The notes under the pieces are model-generated. The model did not search any database. It was not told the DNA's origin and was given only the letters and a program-made list of their open reading frames with translations. A stretch of 64,000 bases of DNA, the filler included, from Lenisia limosa (taxonomy: Eukaryota; Protista; Breviatea), in NCBI GenBank assembly GCA_001655205.1. It is 11 parts of 11 records of this genome, joined end to end, with 100 filler letters (N's around TTAATTAATTAA, not from the genome) between each part and the next. Parts side by side here need not be neighbours in the genome. Positions count along the whole stretch, not along the records: positions 20,336 to 29,084 come from LPNZ01010935.1; positions 29,185 to 30,436 come from LPNZ01001878.1; positions 30,537 to 32,517 come from LPNZ01007678.1; positions 32,618 to 44,265 come from LPNZ01010269.1; 7 more parts are not named here. The stretch is one strand, 5' to 3'. This document shows positions 24,473 to 38,130 of the stretch, one piece after another; positions within the stretch are counted from its first letter, which is position 1; each line of letters opens with the position of its first letter. The position numbers and the translations under genes were made by a program.

Positions 24473-27400
24473 ATGGCGATATGTCCTACTTTCGAAAAGG
24501 TTAGCAAAGTACAAATATGATGTTGTTGCGTTCTCATCATTATTCTTCTTCAATAATGGACTTGTTTCTCTACTTTTGTTCTGGTGAGACTCAAGTAATA
24601 TTCACCAAGACTATTTTTCGATGAACGTAACCCCTTTTTTGACGTGTACTACAGGGGCTGGCCCGAATCCAACCGTTTTGATCCACGGTATTACCGCAAG
24701 TGCTGCCTCTTTCGCCGTGTAGGTGGGGCCTTACTTTGGTCCGAAAAAACGGAATTTCTAGTCATGATAAACACCAATATTTTCCTGGTCTTTTTCCAAA
24801 TCCGATGTATTGGTTCTGGGTTTATCATCATATCATATCATATAGTATGATATGAGATAGTGATCATGTCGATATCGTACAATGTATAATTATCATATGA
24901 TATATATATATATATACTATTGGGGGTTTCTTGTGACATTTCACTATATTTATTAAATACTACGTAGTTCAGAGTTAATCAATGTAATTTTGAAAATTCA
25001 GAAGAGACTTCTTGAACCAGGTCATTTCCCGGAGTGCCTCTTTTCACTTTTCAGACTTGGGAGGGAGCTCGACAACCCGTCAGGGGTGGCGGCTATAGAT
25101 TTGAGGGGTCGCGGCGACTCCTTCAAAACGGACACGTATGGACTCGAGAATCACGTGAAAGATGTTATCTTGGTGAGGTGCTGTCTTGGGGGGGGGGGGG
25201 TCCCNNNNNNNNNNNNNNNNNNNNNNNNNNNNNNNNNNNNNNNNNNNNNNNNNNNNNNNNNNNNNNNNNNNNNNNNNNNTTAATTACTCTTTATCAAGTA
25301 CATTTTGCTGTTTTGTGTAAAAGTAATACTTTTTATAATATTTCGAGAAATTCAATCTTTTTTGTTAAAAGTAAACCTCAAAAATTGCCCATCCCAGCCA
25401 TCAATATCAGTTTAAGCCGTAATAACCCCGAACAGTTTTTGGACCACCTTGGTATCTCAAAAGCCAAACTTGTCGGACATTCTCTCGGAGCTTTCATTTC
25501 GCTTTTGGTATGCAACTGGGTTAGACCCTGCAATTGAGTTCAAAGTTTTGGTTCCTTCAAACTCGCTGTCAAGGTACTTACGTGTTTCAATCAATGACAG
25601 ACCAGCTCAAAATTGGACAATTTTGCCTAACTAGAAAATAGGCCCTTCCCTCATACTACGTTCTGAATATACAGTGGGAATTTTTGCTTTTAGTATAATG
25701 AGTTAAACCTTGTGGATTGGTTTTTTTTGTCTTACTCGTTGTCTTAATGGATAGATTGGACTTGGCTGTTTTTCAGCGCAAATAAATGTAAAAATATTGT
25801 TTTTGTTGACTATCTACAGACATACCTTCGACACCCCAAGCGTATCGAAAGCATCGTATTGCTAGATGGCGGGTACCCCAGGGAGCCAACATCTAAAGAC
25901 GTTTTCCCTCCTTCGGTCATGGCTGGTGGGAGGGGGGTCATGTGCGGCTTTTTTGGACTGAGAATGATAATTCTAGAAATACACATATTTGCTCATTCAT
26001 TATGTAACAACCTACATGTATATTACCCTATATGATTACATCTTTTTAATACGTATTACAATTAGGCGAAATTTCGGAAGTGAAGCCTATTCAAAACTTA
26101 CCTGTGATATTATAATATATCATATAATATGCCATACTTATGACACAATATGTGTGAAAATGTTCAAGAGAGTGTGATGTGGTATGTATTACCACGAGGT
26201 GTATTTGTTGTTTTCAAACTGTGTTTCACATTTCAGCCCTTGCGAAGGCATACAACCGCCTCACAATGACGTTTAAATCTTTTGACGACTACCTTGATTA
26301 TTGGGGAGCTGAGAACCCTCATATTGGTACGGGGCTCTTTCTAATATATTTTTGCACTCTCAAAATAGTAGTAACCATGTACACACACACCTTTTCAATT
26401 GATATTGACAAAGTCAAAAGAAATTTCTTTACTTACGTCAATAAGTCACATTCCTCAATGGTTTGTTTTTGAAAAAGTTTCCTTTTCACTACCCCACTCT
26501 CACCCTCTGTTTCCTAAATTTCCCTCTTTTACTCCTTCTCCTTTCATATTTCATAAGTGTTCCATTTTCCCTTTCCACCAAGTTGATTTTGAGTTTATTT
26601 TGTTTCTGAATTTCCCTCATCNNNNNNNNNNNNNNNNNNNNNNNNNNNNNNNNNNNNNNNNNNNNNNNNNNNNNNNNNNNNNNNNNNNNNNNNNNNNNNN
26701 NNNNNNNNNNNNNNNAAACTGACCCCTTATGTTGCAGCCAGGTGGAGTGGGGGTGAATATCTGGTCGTAATCCCCATACAAATAGAATTGCACGGAATGC
26801 TTCCAAAAAAGTTAATTCCGCATTTTTTCGAACAAATTGAAGGCTAGGAAGACAATGCTTTAATTATAATGGTCATGTTCAGGTCAATCATATATCGCCT
26901 GTACTCTTACAAATATCGCTATTTTTGATGTTAGTGTTTGGTAGATGTATATAAAATGTGTGTATGAGCTTTTAATTTCAAATTTTTTTATTTAGTGTCG
27001 CTTAATGAAGCGCACAAATTAATGCGATCAAGAAAAAACAATTCAAAGGACAAAAAATGTTTTATGGAAAAAACATTCAGTAAAACAAAGATAAAAAAGA
27101 TACATAGGAGAGTGGCGGCGGAGTGGACGGGAACGGACTGGAGGGAGGGTGATCTCTTCTGGAGCGGGGCGGTGGGCGGTCTGGGCAGCGGGTAGACAGG
27201 CTAGAGCGAGGAGGCGGGATGGTGACGCGGCGGGTGATCGGCACTTGGAGTACAAACCGTTTTATGGGTTTCACCTATCACATAAAATGTAATAGGGATG
27301 ATATTCAATTGTTGTAAATCGAATAGGTGGAGGTATGAGGGAAAGAAGGGGTAAAGTTGGTAGGGTGGTTATGGGTGAGGTTGGAAGACAAAGGTGAGGT

Positions 27401-28974
27401 TAGTGAGGTGGGAGGTGAGGTACGTCAGGTACTCCCGGAACGACGGACATGTGGAGCCATGGAAGGTCATGATCGGGTAGGTGGCGAGGTTGCCCGTGAT
27501 GACCCCCCTGGCGATGTCAAAGTCGAAGTCCGTGGGTGTCCGGGGNNNNNNNNNNNNNNNNNNNNNNNNNNNNNNNNNNNNNNNNNNNNNNNNNNNNNNN
27601 NNNNNNNNNNNNNNNNNNNNNNNNNNNNNNNNNNNNNNNNNNNNNNNNNNNNNNNNNNNNNNNNNNNNNNNTGGTTGGACAGGTGTTCTAAAACGAAATG
27701 TTGAAAAATTCAACCTACAAAACTACGATCGGATCTTAAATTGATTTACCGATTGTAACGACAATTTGGCCGAGTTGGTCTAAGGCGTCACGTTAAGGTC
27801 GTGATCTCTCCGGAGNNNNNNNNNNNNNNNNNNNNNNNNNNNNNNNNNNNNNNNNNNNNNNNNNNNNNNNNNNNNNNNNNNNNNNNNNNNNNNNNNNNNN
27901 NNNNNNNNNNNNNNNNNNNNNNNNNNNNNNNNNNNNNNNNNNNNNNNNNNCTTTCACCCCCCACCCCCACCGGTTGGATTTTCCCACTTTTGAATATTGT
28001 ACTTCACTATACAAAAACTGAATAAAAGTGGTAGAGTAGTGCAGATTATCAGGTCCTTGGCCCCATGTATGTATGGATGCTATTTTTGCGGCGCCTCAAA
28101 ATCTCAAAAGCGCGGCCGCGCCAGGCACTTTTGGAAAAAAAGGCCGAAAAAAAATGCGCTTCGCGCCAAACATACCTTATTACTTTCATAGATTTTTGTA
28201 GTTTTATATTCAGTACTTCGGCCCGCAGCACAGCAATTTTTGGTTCTGGTGCGGCCGCGTCGCATATGGACTTTATTTTCGCCTCTCACCATCTCAGGAT
28301 GCGGCGTATTTACAAGAGAAGTTCCCTACTACCGAGGAAACCCTGGAGTTGATTGGAGGGAATCATGTTAGTGGGGTTGTTTGGATGAGGTTTGTTGGTA
28401 AGTGTAGAGGGCATGTTGTTTTACGTTATCAACTACATAAGCATTATATTTTTTAAATGGATTCAAATACCTGAGCTCCCACCTCCCAAAACAAAAACCC
28501 TGCTCTGATCAATGATCCCCGTTTGCTCACTCCTCTCAGATCCCCATTCTGCTTCTGTACGCCTCGGAAGGGTTCATCCCAGGTGCTGAACTATTCTTCA
28601 ATGATAAGTGCGTGGGGATTTTAACTTCGTTTTACTCACCACTCCTCTTTCATGGTTATTTCTAACAGAAAGGTGTTTATGCCCTCTTGTGTTACTCAAA
28701 ATGCAAATGGGGTTGATTTTCGTGTTCTACAGTTGTCCCAGTGAAATCATCTTTTCTTCGTTTTACTGTGCTTTGTGTGTTGTTGTGTTCCCTTATGCAA
28801 ACCAACAAAGTCGATGGGATTCGGAGTTTTTTTTTCTTTTTAAATCCCCCCAGACGAATGCACTCCATCAAGGCAGCGCTCCCTCAACTTCAGTGCCACA
28901 AAGTACCAAGTACACACTACACAATTGTGTGGGATGCTGCCACCACCACCGCCAAATATATCAATGATTTTCAT
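24473..28974 (+). CDS. Alpha/beta hydrolase fold protein
   Basis: Spliced motifs in canonical order: TVLIHGITAS, AIDLRGRGDS, LVGHSLGAFI (GxSxG nucleophile), IESIVLLDGGY, IPILLLYASEG and STHYTIVWD (candidate catalytic His). Start codon tentative. Confidence 0.82.
27030..27545 (-). repeat. GC-rich dispersed repeat, copy 1
   Basis: Reverse complement of 27060-27250 and 27450-27535 matches 32618-32910 on another contig. Confidence 0.8.
27760..27815 (+). tRNA. tRNA-Leu, anticodon AAG; 3' part lost in an N run
   Basis: GACAATT-TG-GCCGAGTTGGTCTAAGGC (A-box/D-arm)-G-TCACG-TTAAGGT-CGTGA (perfect 5-bp anticodon stem, loop TT-AAG-GT)-TCTCTCCGGAG (long variable arm), then N. Confidence 0.82.
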
Positions 28975-29559
28975 GTGAGTAAAGGTTCTTCTTCAAATAA
29001 CAATTATGAGGCCTCCGTTGAGAAATTAATACAAAATGAGTATCTACAAAATCCTATTAGTATTATTTTTTTATCTTCTTCTTTNNNNNNNNNNNNNNNN
29101 NNNNNNNNNNNNNNNNNNNNNNNNNNNNTTAATTAATTAANNNNNNNNNNNNNNNNNNNNNNNNNNNNNNNNNNNNNNNNNNNNTAGGTCGCGTCTTGCC
29201 TGCCAAATCTTCGCAACGAGAGAAATGGACGGGATTGAGCTGACCATTCCAGAAGCAACCCGTAACATGATGGTGGACGGTCATGTCCCCACACCACATT
29301 AAATATATTCTTCAAAACAACCTTGGTCATTACGTTAAATTGGGCAAATAATGCATTGAAATGTTACCATGGATAAAATGTGAATAAAATTAATTTCTGG
29401 AGGTGCTTATTTCCGCTGTGAAGAGAAGTAGACCGGAAGAGTGTCTTGTGTGGCTGGGTCGACCTCAAACTTGTAGGCTGTTTCCTGAACCAATGACGGT
29501 TGACAAAGAATCATGGAGGTTTTTATTCATGGATATTGGAAAACCTCCCAATATCACTA

Positions 29560-29850
29560 GCTGCACAAAGGCGATGGAACCCACTTGGAAGAAGTTCTTC
29601 TGAACAAGGAATCTAAATGACTGCAACAGTACCGATTTCTCCTGTAAAACATCCTTCTTGACAAGCTACATCGTGATGTGGTAGGTATGCAGCTTCGCTG
29701 AGGTCGCGATGATAACTTCCAATCTGAGAATTGTTCGAACTGATATGACGATATTCGTAATGTGAATACAGCTTTTTGCTCACCTTCGAAAAGAGATTGG
29801 GTGTTTCGAAAAGTATTTTTTTGTTCACTTTCTTCACCTAAACAAATTAA
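29560..29850 (-). CDS. Possible exon of an unknown gene
   Basis: Acceptor tttag at ~29848 followed by an open frame GEESEQKNTFRNTQSLFEGEQKAVFTLRISSY. No homology recognised. Confidence 0.25.
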
Positions 29851-31317
29851 ATGAGGTGACACAAAAACAGATAAGATATAATATCATGATAGGGATAGGG
29901 AAATAATGACAACATAGTTGTTACAGAAAGTCAACCCATAAAAACCTTCGCTTCATGGAGGAACCGACATCTCTTTCCAAATTTACAGGAACCCCTCTTC
30001 TGAAACACAACACAAACACCTTGCTTCTCTGTATGGTGAGCACAGAAGACAGGAAATGATGGAAGTAAACTTATTCATTCATAAATGAATAGAAATAACG
30101 TTTGATTTTGTTTTCTTTGGTAGTTTAGACCCATATTTGAGAGAATGTAAAATACTGAGTAAGTCCAAGTTGAATTAAAAAGTTGGACGTATACCATTAT
30201 GTTCCTTTTTGGTCTTTTTTGCCTTAGGAGATTCCTTAGAGGGTGCTTCAGGGCCTGGCTTTGGCTCTAAAAGAATCAGATATTCTGGAACGAAAGACTA
30301 AAGGCAATACAGGTTTGTATTCGGAAGCACTAATTTTGCTGATATTGTAGGGACCCAAAAAAAAACAACCAATAATGAGAGGCGGTCTAATTTGTGCCAA
30401 CTTGGTGCAGTTTGTTGCGAAATAGATGAGGCTGATNNNNNNNNNNNNNNNNNNNNNNNNNNNNNNNNNNNNNNNNNNNNTTAATTAATTAANNNNNNNN
30501 NNNNNNNNNNNNNNNNNNNNNNNNNNNNNNNNNNNNTCATTGCTGTATTCCTAATATACTCTTGATATGTGTGCAGGGAAGCGTAAAGATACCTCAAATT
30601 GTCTATCTCATCCCATAATTTGTCCCTTTTCTTTGTCTTGAGCTTCCATAAGTGAATTGTCTCTGCTTCATAATATCACATTGTTCATGATACGTTAATA
30701 GTAAATACAATCGCTGTAACGACTAATATTGACAGAGGAAACCGGCACAATGGACCAATGGAACTCGGTACTTGATGACTACATGGTGGTGGACCCCCAC
30801 GATAATGGNNNNNNNNNNNNNNNNNNNNNNNNNNNNNNNNNNNNNNNNNNNNNNNNNNNNNNNNNNNNNNNNNNNNNNNNNNNNNNNNNNNNNNNNTGTC
30901 ATTTATCATGGTCAACCCGTATGATAGCATTAAAATCGTAAGAATGAAGAAAATTACGCGATTCCGTTGGAGAGTCAATTCTCGGATATAATATCTGATT
31001 CAACTATGTTCACAAGACGGGTCGGGTGGGAGTAGGGGATCTGAGAATGCTTATATGAGGCACTCAACTGTCAAATACCCTAGATCCCCCAATACATGTC
31101 ATATATCATATGATATTTGGTATTTGTGAAATTGACTTTATAGAAACATTTGAAAAGAAGGGGGGAAACTCCGATTTGGGAGCTTATGAAGAATAGTAGC
31201 TTATGAAGAATAGTCTTGTAAACCGTACGGTTACCAATTTTTGTTGTTAAAACAACATACTATCATATTTATTGGCAAATCATATCAGATGAGCCTACCA
31301 TTAAGTTGTTGACTGTT

Positions 31318-31506
31318 TCAGTTGAAACACCCGGTGTGGGGGACGGCCTTGGTGAAATGTCTCCTGAGCAGAGGCGGCAGCTGCACCAACTGCTCTATGC
31401 TGACTAATATCTCTGCAGTTTTGTGAGTAATCCTACCGTTTAATTCAAGGCTACTACTGGTCGTGGTGGATGGTCTTTTAAGGCTTGGCTTTGGAGGTTC
31501 AGCCAT
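31318..31506 (-). CDS. Possible exon of an unknown gene
   Basis: GC-richer open frame MAEPPKPSLKRPSTTTSSSLELNGRITHK in AT-rich context. Confidence 0.25.
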   Translation of the reverse strand: MAEPPKPSLKRPSTTTSSSLELNGRITHKTAEILVSIEQLVQLPPLLRRHFTKAVPHTGCFN

Positions 31507-32617
31507 GTTGCACCTGCTGAAATCTAATATTTGGTTGTTTTTTAGTTAACAGTGGCTATAATTCAAGACAACAAAATAAATCGCAGAAATCGAGACAAAA
31601 TTGGTTTATCAAAGGAATTACCTAATTGGGTGGCTTCTTCCTAATGAGTGACTTTACACTTACTATAACTTGTGTACTTGCTTATGGCCTGCATAACTCT
31701 GAGCCTCAGGTGGTTCAGAGTGACCTGCATAATTTAGTGATAAATGACAGGATTCATCGTGTCACATGTCAGACAGAATAAAATGAAAAAATCCATTCCA
31801 GGTTGTTATTATTTTTTTAGCAAATAAAAAGGGGTCGGGAAAGGACCGTTAAGTCACATTCCCAGAAGTAGAAATTCTAGTCAGGAGATGCCAATGAAAT
31901 GACAATCCCAACCCTTTCCGCCTCTGGAGTGCAATGAGGGTTCCGGGATTGGCCTCCTTGCCTGAGTGATCACAAGGATGGCTGACCAAGGTAAGTTTAA
32001 GGTTTGAAGAAATGGCCACACTGAAAAACCAGGGTTTGTGCCCAGGAAAAAATACAGATAAATTTAATTCTTTAATTGGAGGTTTGCTTAAACTGCCTTC
32101 CTTCTTCTTACCTTCCTCTCCAACAAATACTCAAGAACTCACAGGGAACTCAAGAACAAAGGCATCAATCCAAAAACTCAGGAGCAACCCAGCCCCACAC
32201 CAATTACCCCAAGCCCCACAGCCAGATCCACAAGTATTATACAAAAAGAAAGTGACCCCCAAGGCTGGTTTCATAATTGCGAACTATAATTGTGAACAAC
32301 CCTTTGTTTATTTTGCGAACTCCCCTTTTTTTTTCAAAAAAAAACCCTTCTGGGATGACAATGGACTGGGATGACAATCGCAGAGTGTCCCTCTGTAGTG
32401 AATAGTAGTTGACACCACAATGGTGTCAGGGATAGCGAAATCTTACATTTCATGCTGTGGATACATCAAGTTTGTGTACGGTCACTAGTGCGAAAATATC
32501 CGCCACTCAAGACTACANNNNNNNNNNNNNNNNNNNNNNNNNNNNNNNNNNNNNNNNNNNNTTAATTAATTAANNNNNNNNNNNNNNNNNNNNNNNNNNN
32601 NNNNNNNNNNNNNNNNN

Positions 32618-32910
32618 ACATCGCCAGGGGGGTCATCACGGGCAACCTCACCACCCACCCGATCATGACCTTCCATGTCCCCACATGTCTGCACTCCAAG
32701 TGCCCAGATCACCCGCCGCGTCACCACAAAAGTAATCACCATCCCGCCGCCTCGCTCTAGTCTGTTTACCCGCCGCCCAGTCCGCCCACCGCCCCGCTCC
32801 AGAAAGGATCACCCTCACTCCGTCAGTCCCCGTCCATTCCGCCGCCGCTCTCCGATGTATCTTTTTTTATCTTTGTTTTACTGAATGTTTTTACGATAAA
32901 TACATTTTTT
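32618..32910 (+). repeat. GC-rich dispersed repeat, copy 2, at a contig start
   Basis: Shares CATCGCCAGGGGG(G)TCATCACGGGCAACCTC..., the Pro-rich segment and the T-rich tail with 27030-27545. Confidence 0.8.
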
Positions 32911-33651
32911 GCCTTTCAAAATTCGCGTATTTAACGAGTGTAGCCCTGGTACAGTCCCTCATCGTTTATAATATTAGCCGAAATAATCGCAAAAATGACT
33001 CATTTTGTGACGAAATACACCAATATTTGTTATTTCCTCATTACCACCCTTACCTCATTATCCTGGACTCGTCATCCGAAAAGTCGTTGAAAGAAGAGTC
33101 GAGAATGGAGGGAGTTGACGTGAGAGTTGTGGTGACTGGGGGGGGGGGGGATCAGNNNNNNNNNNGCTCAGACCTTAGGAAAAACAATCATTATGAATAT
33201 CAAAGAACAGCATCAAAATTACCCCATTTAATATTGGCCGATGTTATCGAGCCAACCTGGGGAAACGGTTGCGGGGGCATGGGGGGCTGAGGGAATATGG
33301 ATGCTAGCGGCGGCAGGGGCTACGNNNNNNNNNNNNNNNNNNNNNNNNNNNNNNNNNNNNNNNNNNNNNNNNNNNNNNNNNNNNNNNNNNNNNNNNNNNN
33401 NGTTTCATGAAAAAAAATAAAACAAAAAAATAATATCGAGACTCTAACAGGTCTAACCAACCATGCTGGGGGTCAGGCCTGGGAATGTAGGCGTCCTTGA
33501 GACTTCCAATCAAAAGGGGGCTGGTGGTGGGCAGTGACGGACTAGTTGTAACCTAAAAAATGACAACCGTTTCCCAAAACTGCAATCCGCAAAACGTCGG
33601 CGTACATTGTCCTTGGCTGACAGCTCCTCTATTGTCATGCTTTCTGCCTTT

Positions 33652-36600
33652 TTAGGGTGCATGCTGATGCTGACGAAAGTTCGGTAGGCGGAAGGCGGCG
33701 GCGGAGGGGCTCGAGGGCGCGGGGGTTGGGGACGCTACCAGGTCAACAGAGTAATACATAATACAATAATCATGTTCAAGATAGAAGTGAAGATATTCTT
33801 GAACAATGATAGATAGGAAGAGATGTAATGCTGGGTGCATTGGGCAGATATGCTTACGAAGCGATTGGTATTGCTTTGGTCGAAGGCAGCTCTCAACTCG
33901 AGATCCTCAGGGCTGTGCAAATAAGTAAAGGACACAATGAGGCATTACGGTCATCCACAAGGTTTATGAGATGACAAAGCCGCCCACGACTGTGTTGGTG
34001 ACGGTGACGGAGGCGGGTCTTTGGGAACGTCAAAACCACGTTCCTTCGCTAGGGTCTCCTGGGCCACTCCATCAAGACGGTAGAGGATTTCTGGGGGTTG
34101 GGGGTTGGAAAATATGTAACTAAATACAATATTTGACTATGTAGATATCACTGTATGTTAGCAAACGCTGAGTTATCTGTGAATTCAACAACTTCATTTT
34201 ACACAAGAATGTGGGGGGTGATAATGGTGAACAGCATTAAATGGGAAGGAATAAAAAGTAATCTCACATAAGCAGAGCTTCCCTACGGTCCGAAAAAAGA
34301 CTGATACATCGATATTGAAGAATTCAGACAATTTTAGTCCGCAAAAAGACTTTGCAATAGGACGAAACCTACGTGCTGAGGAAGGCCGTTGTGATGGGTT
34401 TTCAGCAAGGCAAGACTGTATCAGCTGTTTCAGTCCTACAGCGTCAAGAGGTGACAGATGGAAGGCAATATGGCAGAGTAGTGAAAGGCAATATGACGTT
34501 AGTTGACAAACCTTCAGGAGCCGTTTGGATGAGGGACATGGGGGGACGAAGACTATGGTTTTGGATTCTGCAGTGTAAGGAAAGTGTGTATGGTAGTGTT
34601 TATAATTCCTTCGTATTATTCTTGTGTCCCAGATTGTATTCAAGGAATTTTCTTGTTCCCAAAGTGGACATGATAATGAATTAACAACCAAGGAATCACG
34701 GGCTATCATGTTGGCAATTAGTGTAAATAGAATTAGAGGTATGAAAATCAAAGAAACATAGGTTATGATTTCAAATGAAAATACAAATCAAATTTCATAA
34801 AACGCAAAAGGCCAGTCAAGTATCTCCGTATACCCGGCAACAGCCACAGGCACAGGCATTTCAGTGAATGGCAATGTTCCCGAAGCAATTGTCCATAGGA
34901 GAACACCAAAGGAGTAAATGTCGCCTACTTAGGTCATTGAATCTCATTGGATTGGACATACCAGCTTGAGAGAACATTTCATTTCTCAGTACTTCTGGGG
35001 GAGTCCAAGCCAGGAACGCGCTGATGGCGCGAAGGCTCCATTTGACACCATACACACAGTCTAAAGCATGAGATGTTGGTCTTCACAATATTGATATTCA
35101 TCGACAAATGCTGTATTTTGAATCCCTCCAAACGTACCGCCAAGGCCAACAGCTGAGAGCTTTGCACAGAAGTTCTCAGTAACAAACACCGACATAGGAC
35201 AAATGAGTCTAGAGGGTTATCACTGAATATGGTTCATCATTGCTGCTGACACACTCCATCCACCCCACTGGTGCACCACTGTTGGTCTCAGGGAGTGCAG
35301 GTAGTTCATGCCCTTGGCGATGTCGAGAGCCATTTTGACGCGGAGGCCCCACGATACTAACGACCATTGGGGGTTACTCAGAACTGAAATGTTACTTAAA
35401 AAATACAAATAGACAATAGTTGCCAACCACAAAACAGACCCTTTCAATTTCCGATTGAAAATGTTTCAAAGAGCCCCAACAATGAGTTATCCAATGGAGA
35501 CAACACATACCAGTGGCCAAAGTGCCTCGTTCAGGGTACTCAGCGACAGTGTAGAGGTGGGCAGAGTCGGAAGCAATGCCGTAGAGCGTGGCAATGTTCG
35601 GGTGTCGGAAGCGGCTGGGGGGTTAAGGCGAACTCGAAACAAATATCTTGGTACACTCACAGATTTGAGAAATAAAAAAAGGCAGATATTTGAATAGAGT
35701 GATAAGCGCACATAGATCTTGTGAGGTTCCTGAGAAGAGTGGCGAGAACGTCCCCGTTAGACCACTGCGGCGGCAGGCGGCGGATGAAGCATTGGGAGTT
35801 GTGNNNNNNNNNNNNNNNNNNNNNNNNNNNNNNNNNNNNNNNNNNNNNNNNNNNNNNNNNNNNNNNNNNNNNNNNNNNNNNNNNNNNNGAAAGCTCCCCC
35901 CCTCCTCCCACGAAAGCAGAGGACTGGTACAGGCCATTACTGGGGAGGCCGGAGACGAACGTCAGAGCCGCCATGCGGATGAAGATCTCATCCCCTTCAG
36001 TCTGAAAAGTCAACAGTGTCAGATGCAGTACCTTCGTTGGCGGAACTTTCGTGGTGGATGGCGAGGAATTAAGTAACTTCTGTCTGCCAACGGGAACATG
36101 ACATAAACTTGAGTAATCTGAAATTACCCGGTTCTTTTTGTGGCAAGGCTGGAATCTGGGGGGGGGGGNNNNNNNNNNNNNNNNNNNNNNNNNNNNNNNN
36201 NNNNNNNNNNNNNNNNNNNNNNNNNNNNNNNNNNNNNNNNNNNNNNNNNNNNNNNNNNNNNNNCTCTCACTTTGACTGGGGATTGTGATTAGATAAGAGG
36301 CCACGAGTTTCGGCTCTTGTCGGCTCCCAACCCAAACGGGCTCGCCAGTACCGAGAGTCCAACTGCTCTGTTAACGGGAGACTGGAGGCATGGTGCCATA
36401 AGGCGGTGACAGCATGTTATTGGAATGGAAACACCGACAAATATGTAACTATCGCTGTTATCATATGATTGTAGAGAAGAAAAGTAGTACATTACATAAT
36501 ACTGAAGGATATTAAAAGCTGCAGTTATTATATACTTGGAATTTTTAAGAAGGGCAGTATTAGTCGCTGTTAATACTGTTTAGTAACTGTATTTTTAATG

Positions 36601-38130
36601 AAAATAAAGTAACAATTATATTTTTTAGCAGTTGTGATTTGGAGACTATTATTGTTCTATTCTATCATAATTCATATTCAATTGTAGCACAATGAATATT
36701 TATTAATAGCGCTAAGTAAATTTTAATAGCAGAATATAGCAGAACTTAATCGATGGTTACCCTCATAATACACACATAGAGTACATGTAGTATATATCAT
36801 ATAGTAGATATGATAAGTAAAATACTAATATTGTATAGAGAGAAATAAAACAACTAAACAGTTCCAATGAACGAACTTTACTTCAAAAAAGCATTCCCAA
36901 GTACCTTGAGAACAGCGTAGATGAGAGGTACGTTACAGGCGTACATGAGGCAATATTCACTAAGCACCAAACTGGATGGTCAAAAGAGATATTGAACTCA
37001 GATCCTGGATTGATTGAAGGTAAGAACTTAAGGTCTATGAAACACAACGAAAATTCGCTCCTTTCCTTCACCCTCATGGAAAGAAGTCAGGCCCACCAAA
37101 GTCCCATGGAATTTTGTAAATAGAGCATGATGAATCCAATGGTTCGAATGAAGTGGAAGAACAGGGCAGCGGAGAGGAAAATGTAGACACAGTGCCGCGC
37201 TGGGTTGTGAGTTGAAGCCTTGGCAAAAAGGCCGTACCAGGACGTGAGGAGTAGAACGTCAAATTGAGTCCAAGCAGAACAAACAACGTCATAACGCAAA
37301 TGACCACCCACATCGACTGAATCTAAATCGTCATCAAAGTGTCCCAATAGCATCTTAAAAGTTCCCGGGACCTACAGTGAACGGTGCATCAGAATACTGA
37401 CTTGCTTGGGAGAGTCCAACAGTGGCCGAGGGAATCACAATTTTGGAAAGAAGCTGCAGAGTTAAAGAAGGAAAAATGTATCTCGCCAACCTTGACCAGG
37501 AATATGACGAAGGCCACGCTGGTTGTCACCCAATTGACCCGACTGTGCGCATATTAAAGTCCATAATTCGGGCATATTAGAGGCAATCATTCAGGCATAT
37601 TAGAGGCCATAATTCAGGTATGTTCATAGCACAGTTCAGTCCTTCAAGATTGACATCCTACCTGAATGTGAGGGGGTCGCAAGAGGAGTTGAAGAAGAAC
37701 CCAATCATGAAGAAGAGAGACGAGTCCGTTGCAAATGAGGAGATGATTGTGGCAACCTTGGAGGTGAGCAATTATCAATGTAAGTTGAGAAGATTGAGTA
37801 GATTTCAAGCAAATTACAATCGGGTTCATCATCCAATCCTCACAGAGTCTTCAATTTCGGTGTCTTCGAAAAGGGCACCTAATGAGATCCTACTCAACGT
37901 GGCTAGCAGATACACGACACAGAGGTTCCTGAGGAGACGGCCATAGAACGGAAGAATGGCGGAGCTCAAAGGCTTGACTCCCTTGTTGAGCTTCTTCTTC
38001 TCGAAGAACTCCCATATTGACACGAACAAGACGAAGGCCGCAGAGAAGAGGTCGAGGACCAAGGGGACAAGGAGGGTGTTCAGGCCTGTGACTCGGAACT
38101 CAAAGACTGCCACGCAGTCCTCCTCCTTGA
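33652..38130 (-). CDS. TPRA1/GPR175-like 7TM domain plus TKL-type pseudokinase (probably one gene)
   Basis: 7TM exons 36905-38130 give seven hydrophobic segments ending GLC-LVLSEYCLMYACNV-PLIYAVLK. Kinase exons 34400-36000 give RFRHPNIATLYG, LYTVAEYPERGTL, RVKMALDIAKGMNYLHSLRPTVVH, WTPPEVLRNEMFSQA, DIYSFGVLLWTIASGTLPF and LIQSCLAENPSQRPS. The junction between the two parts is not fully resolved. Confidence 0.7.
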
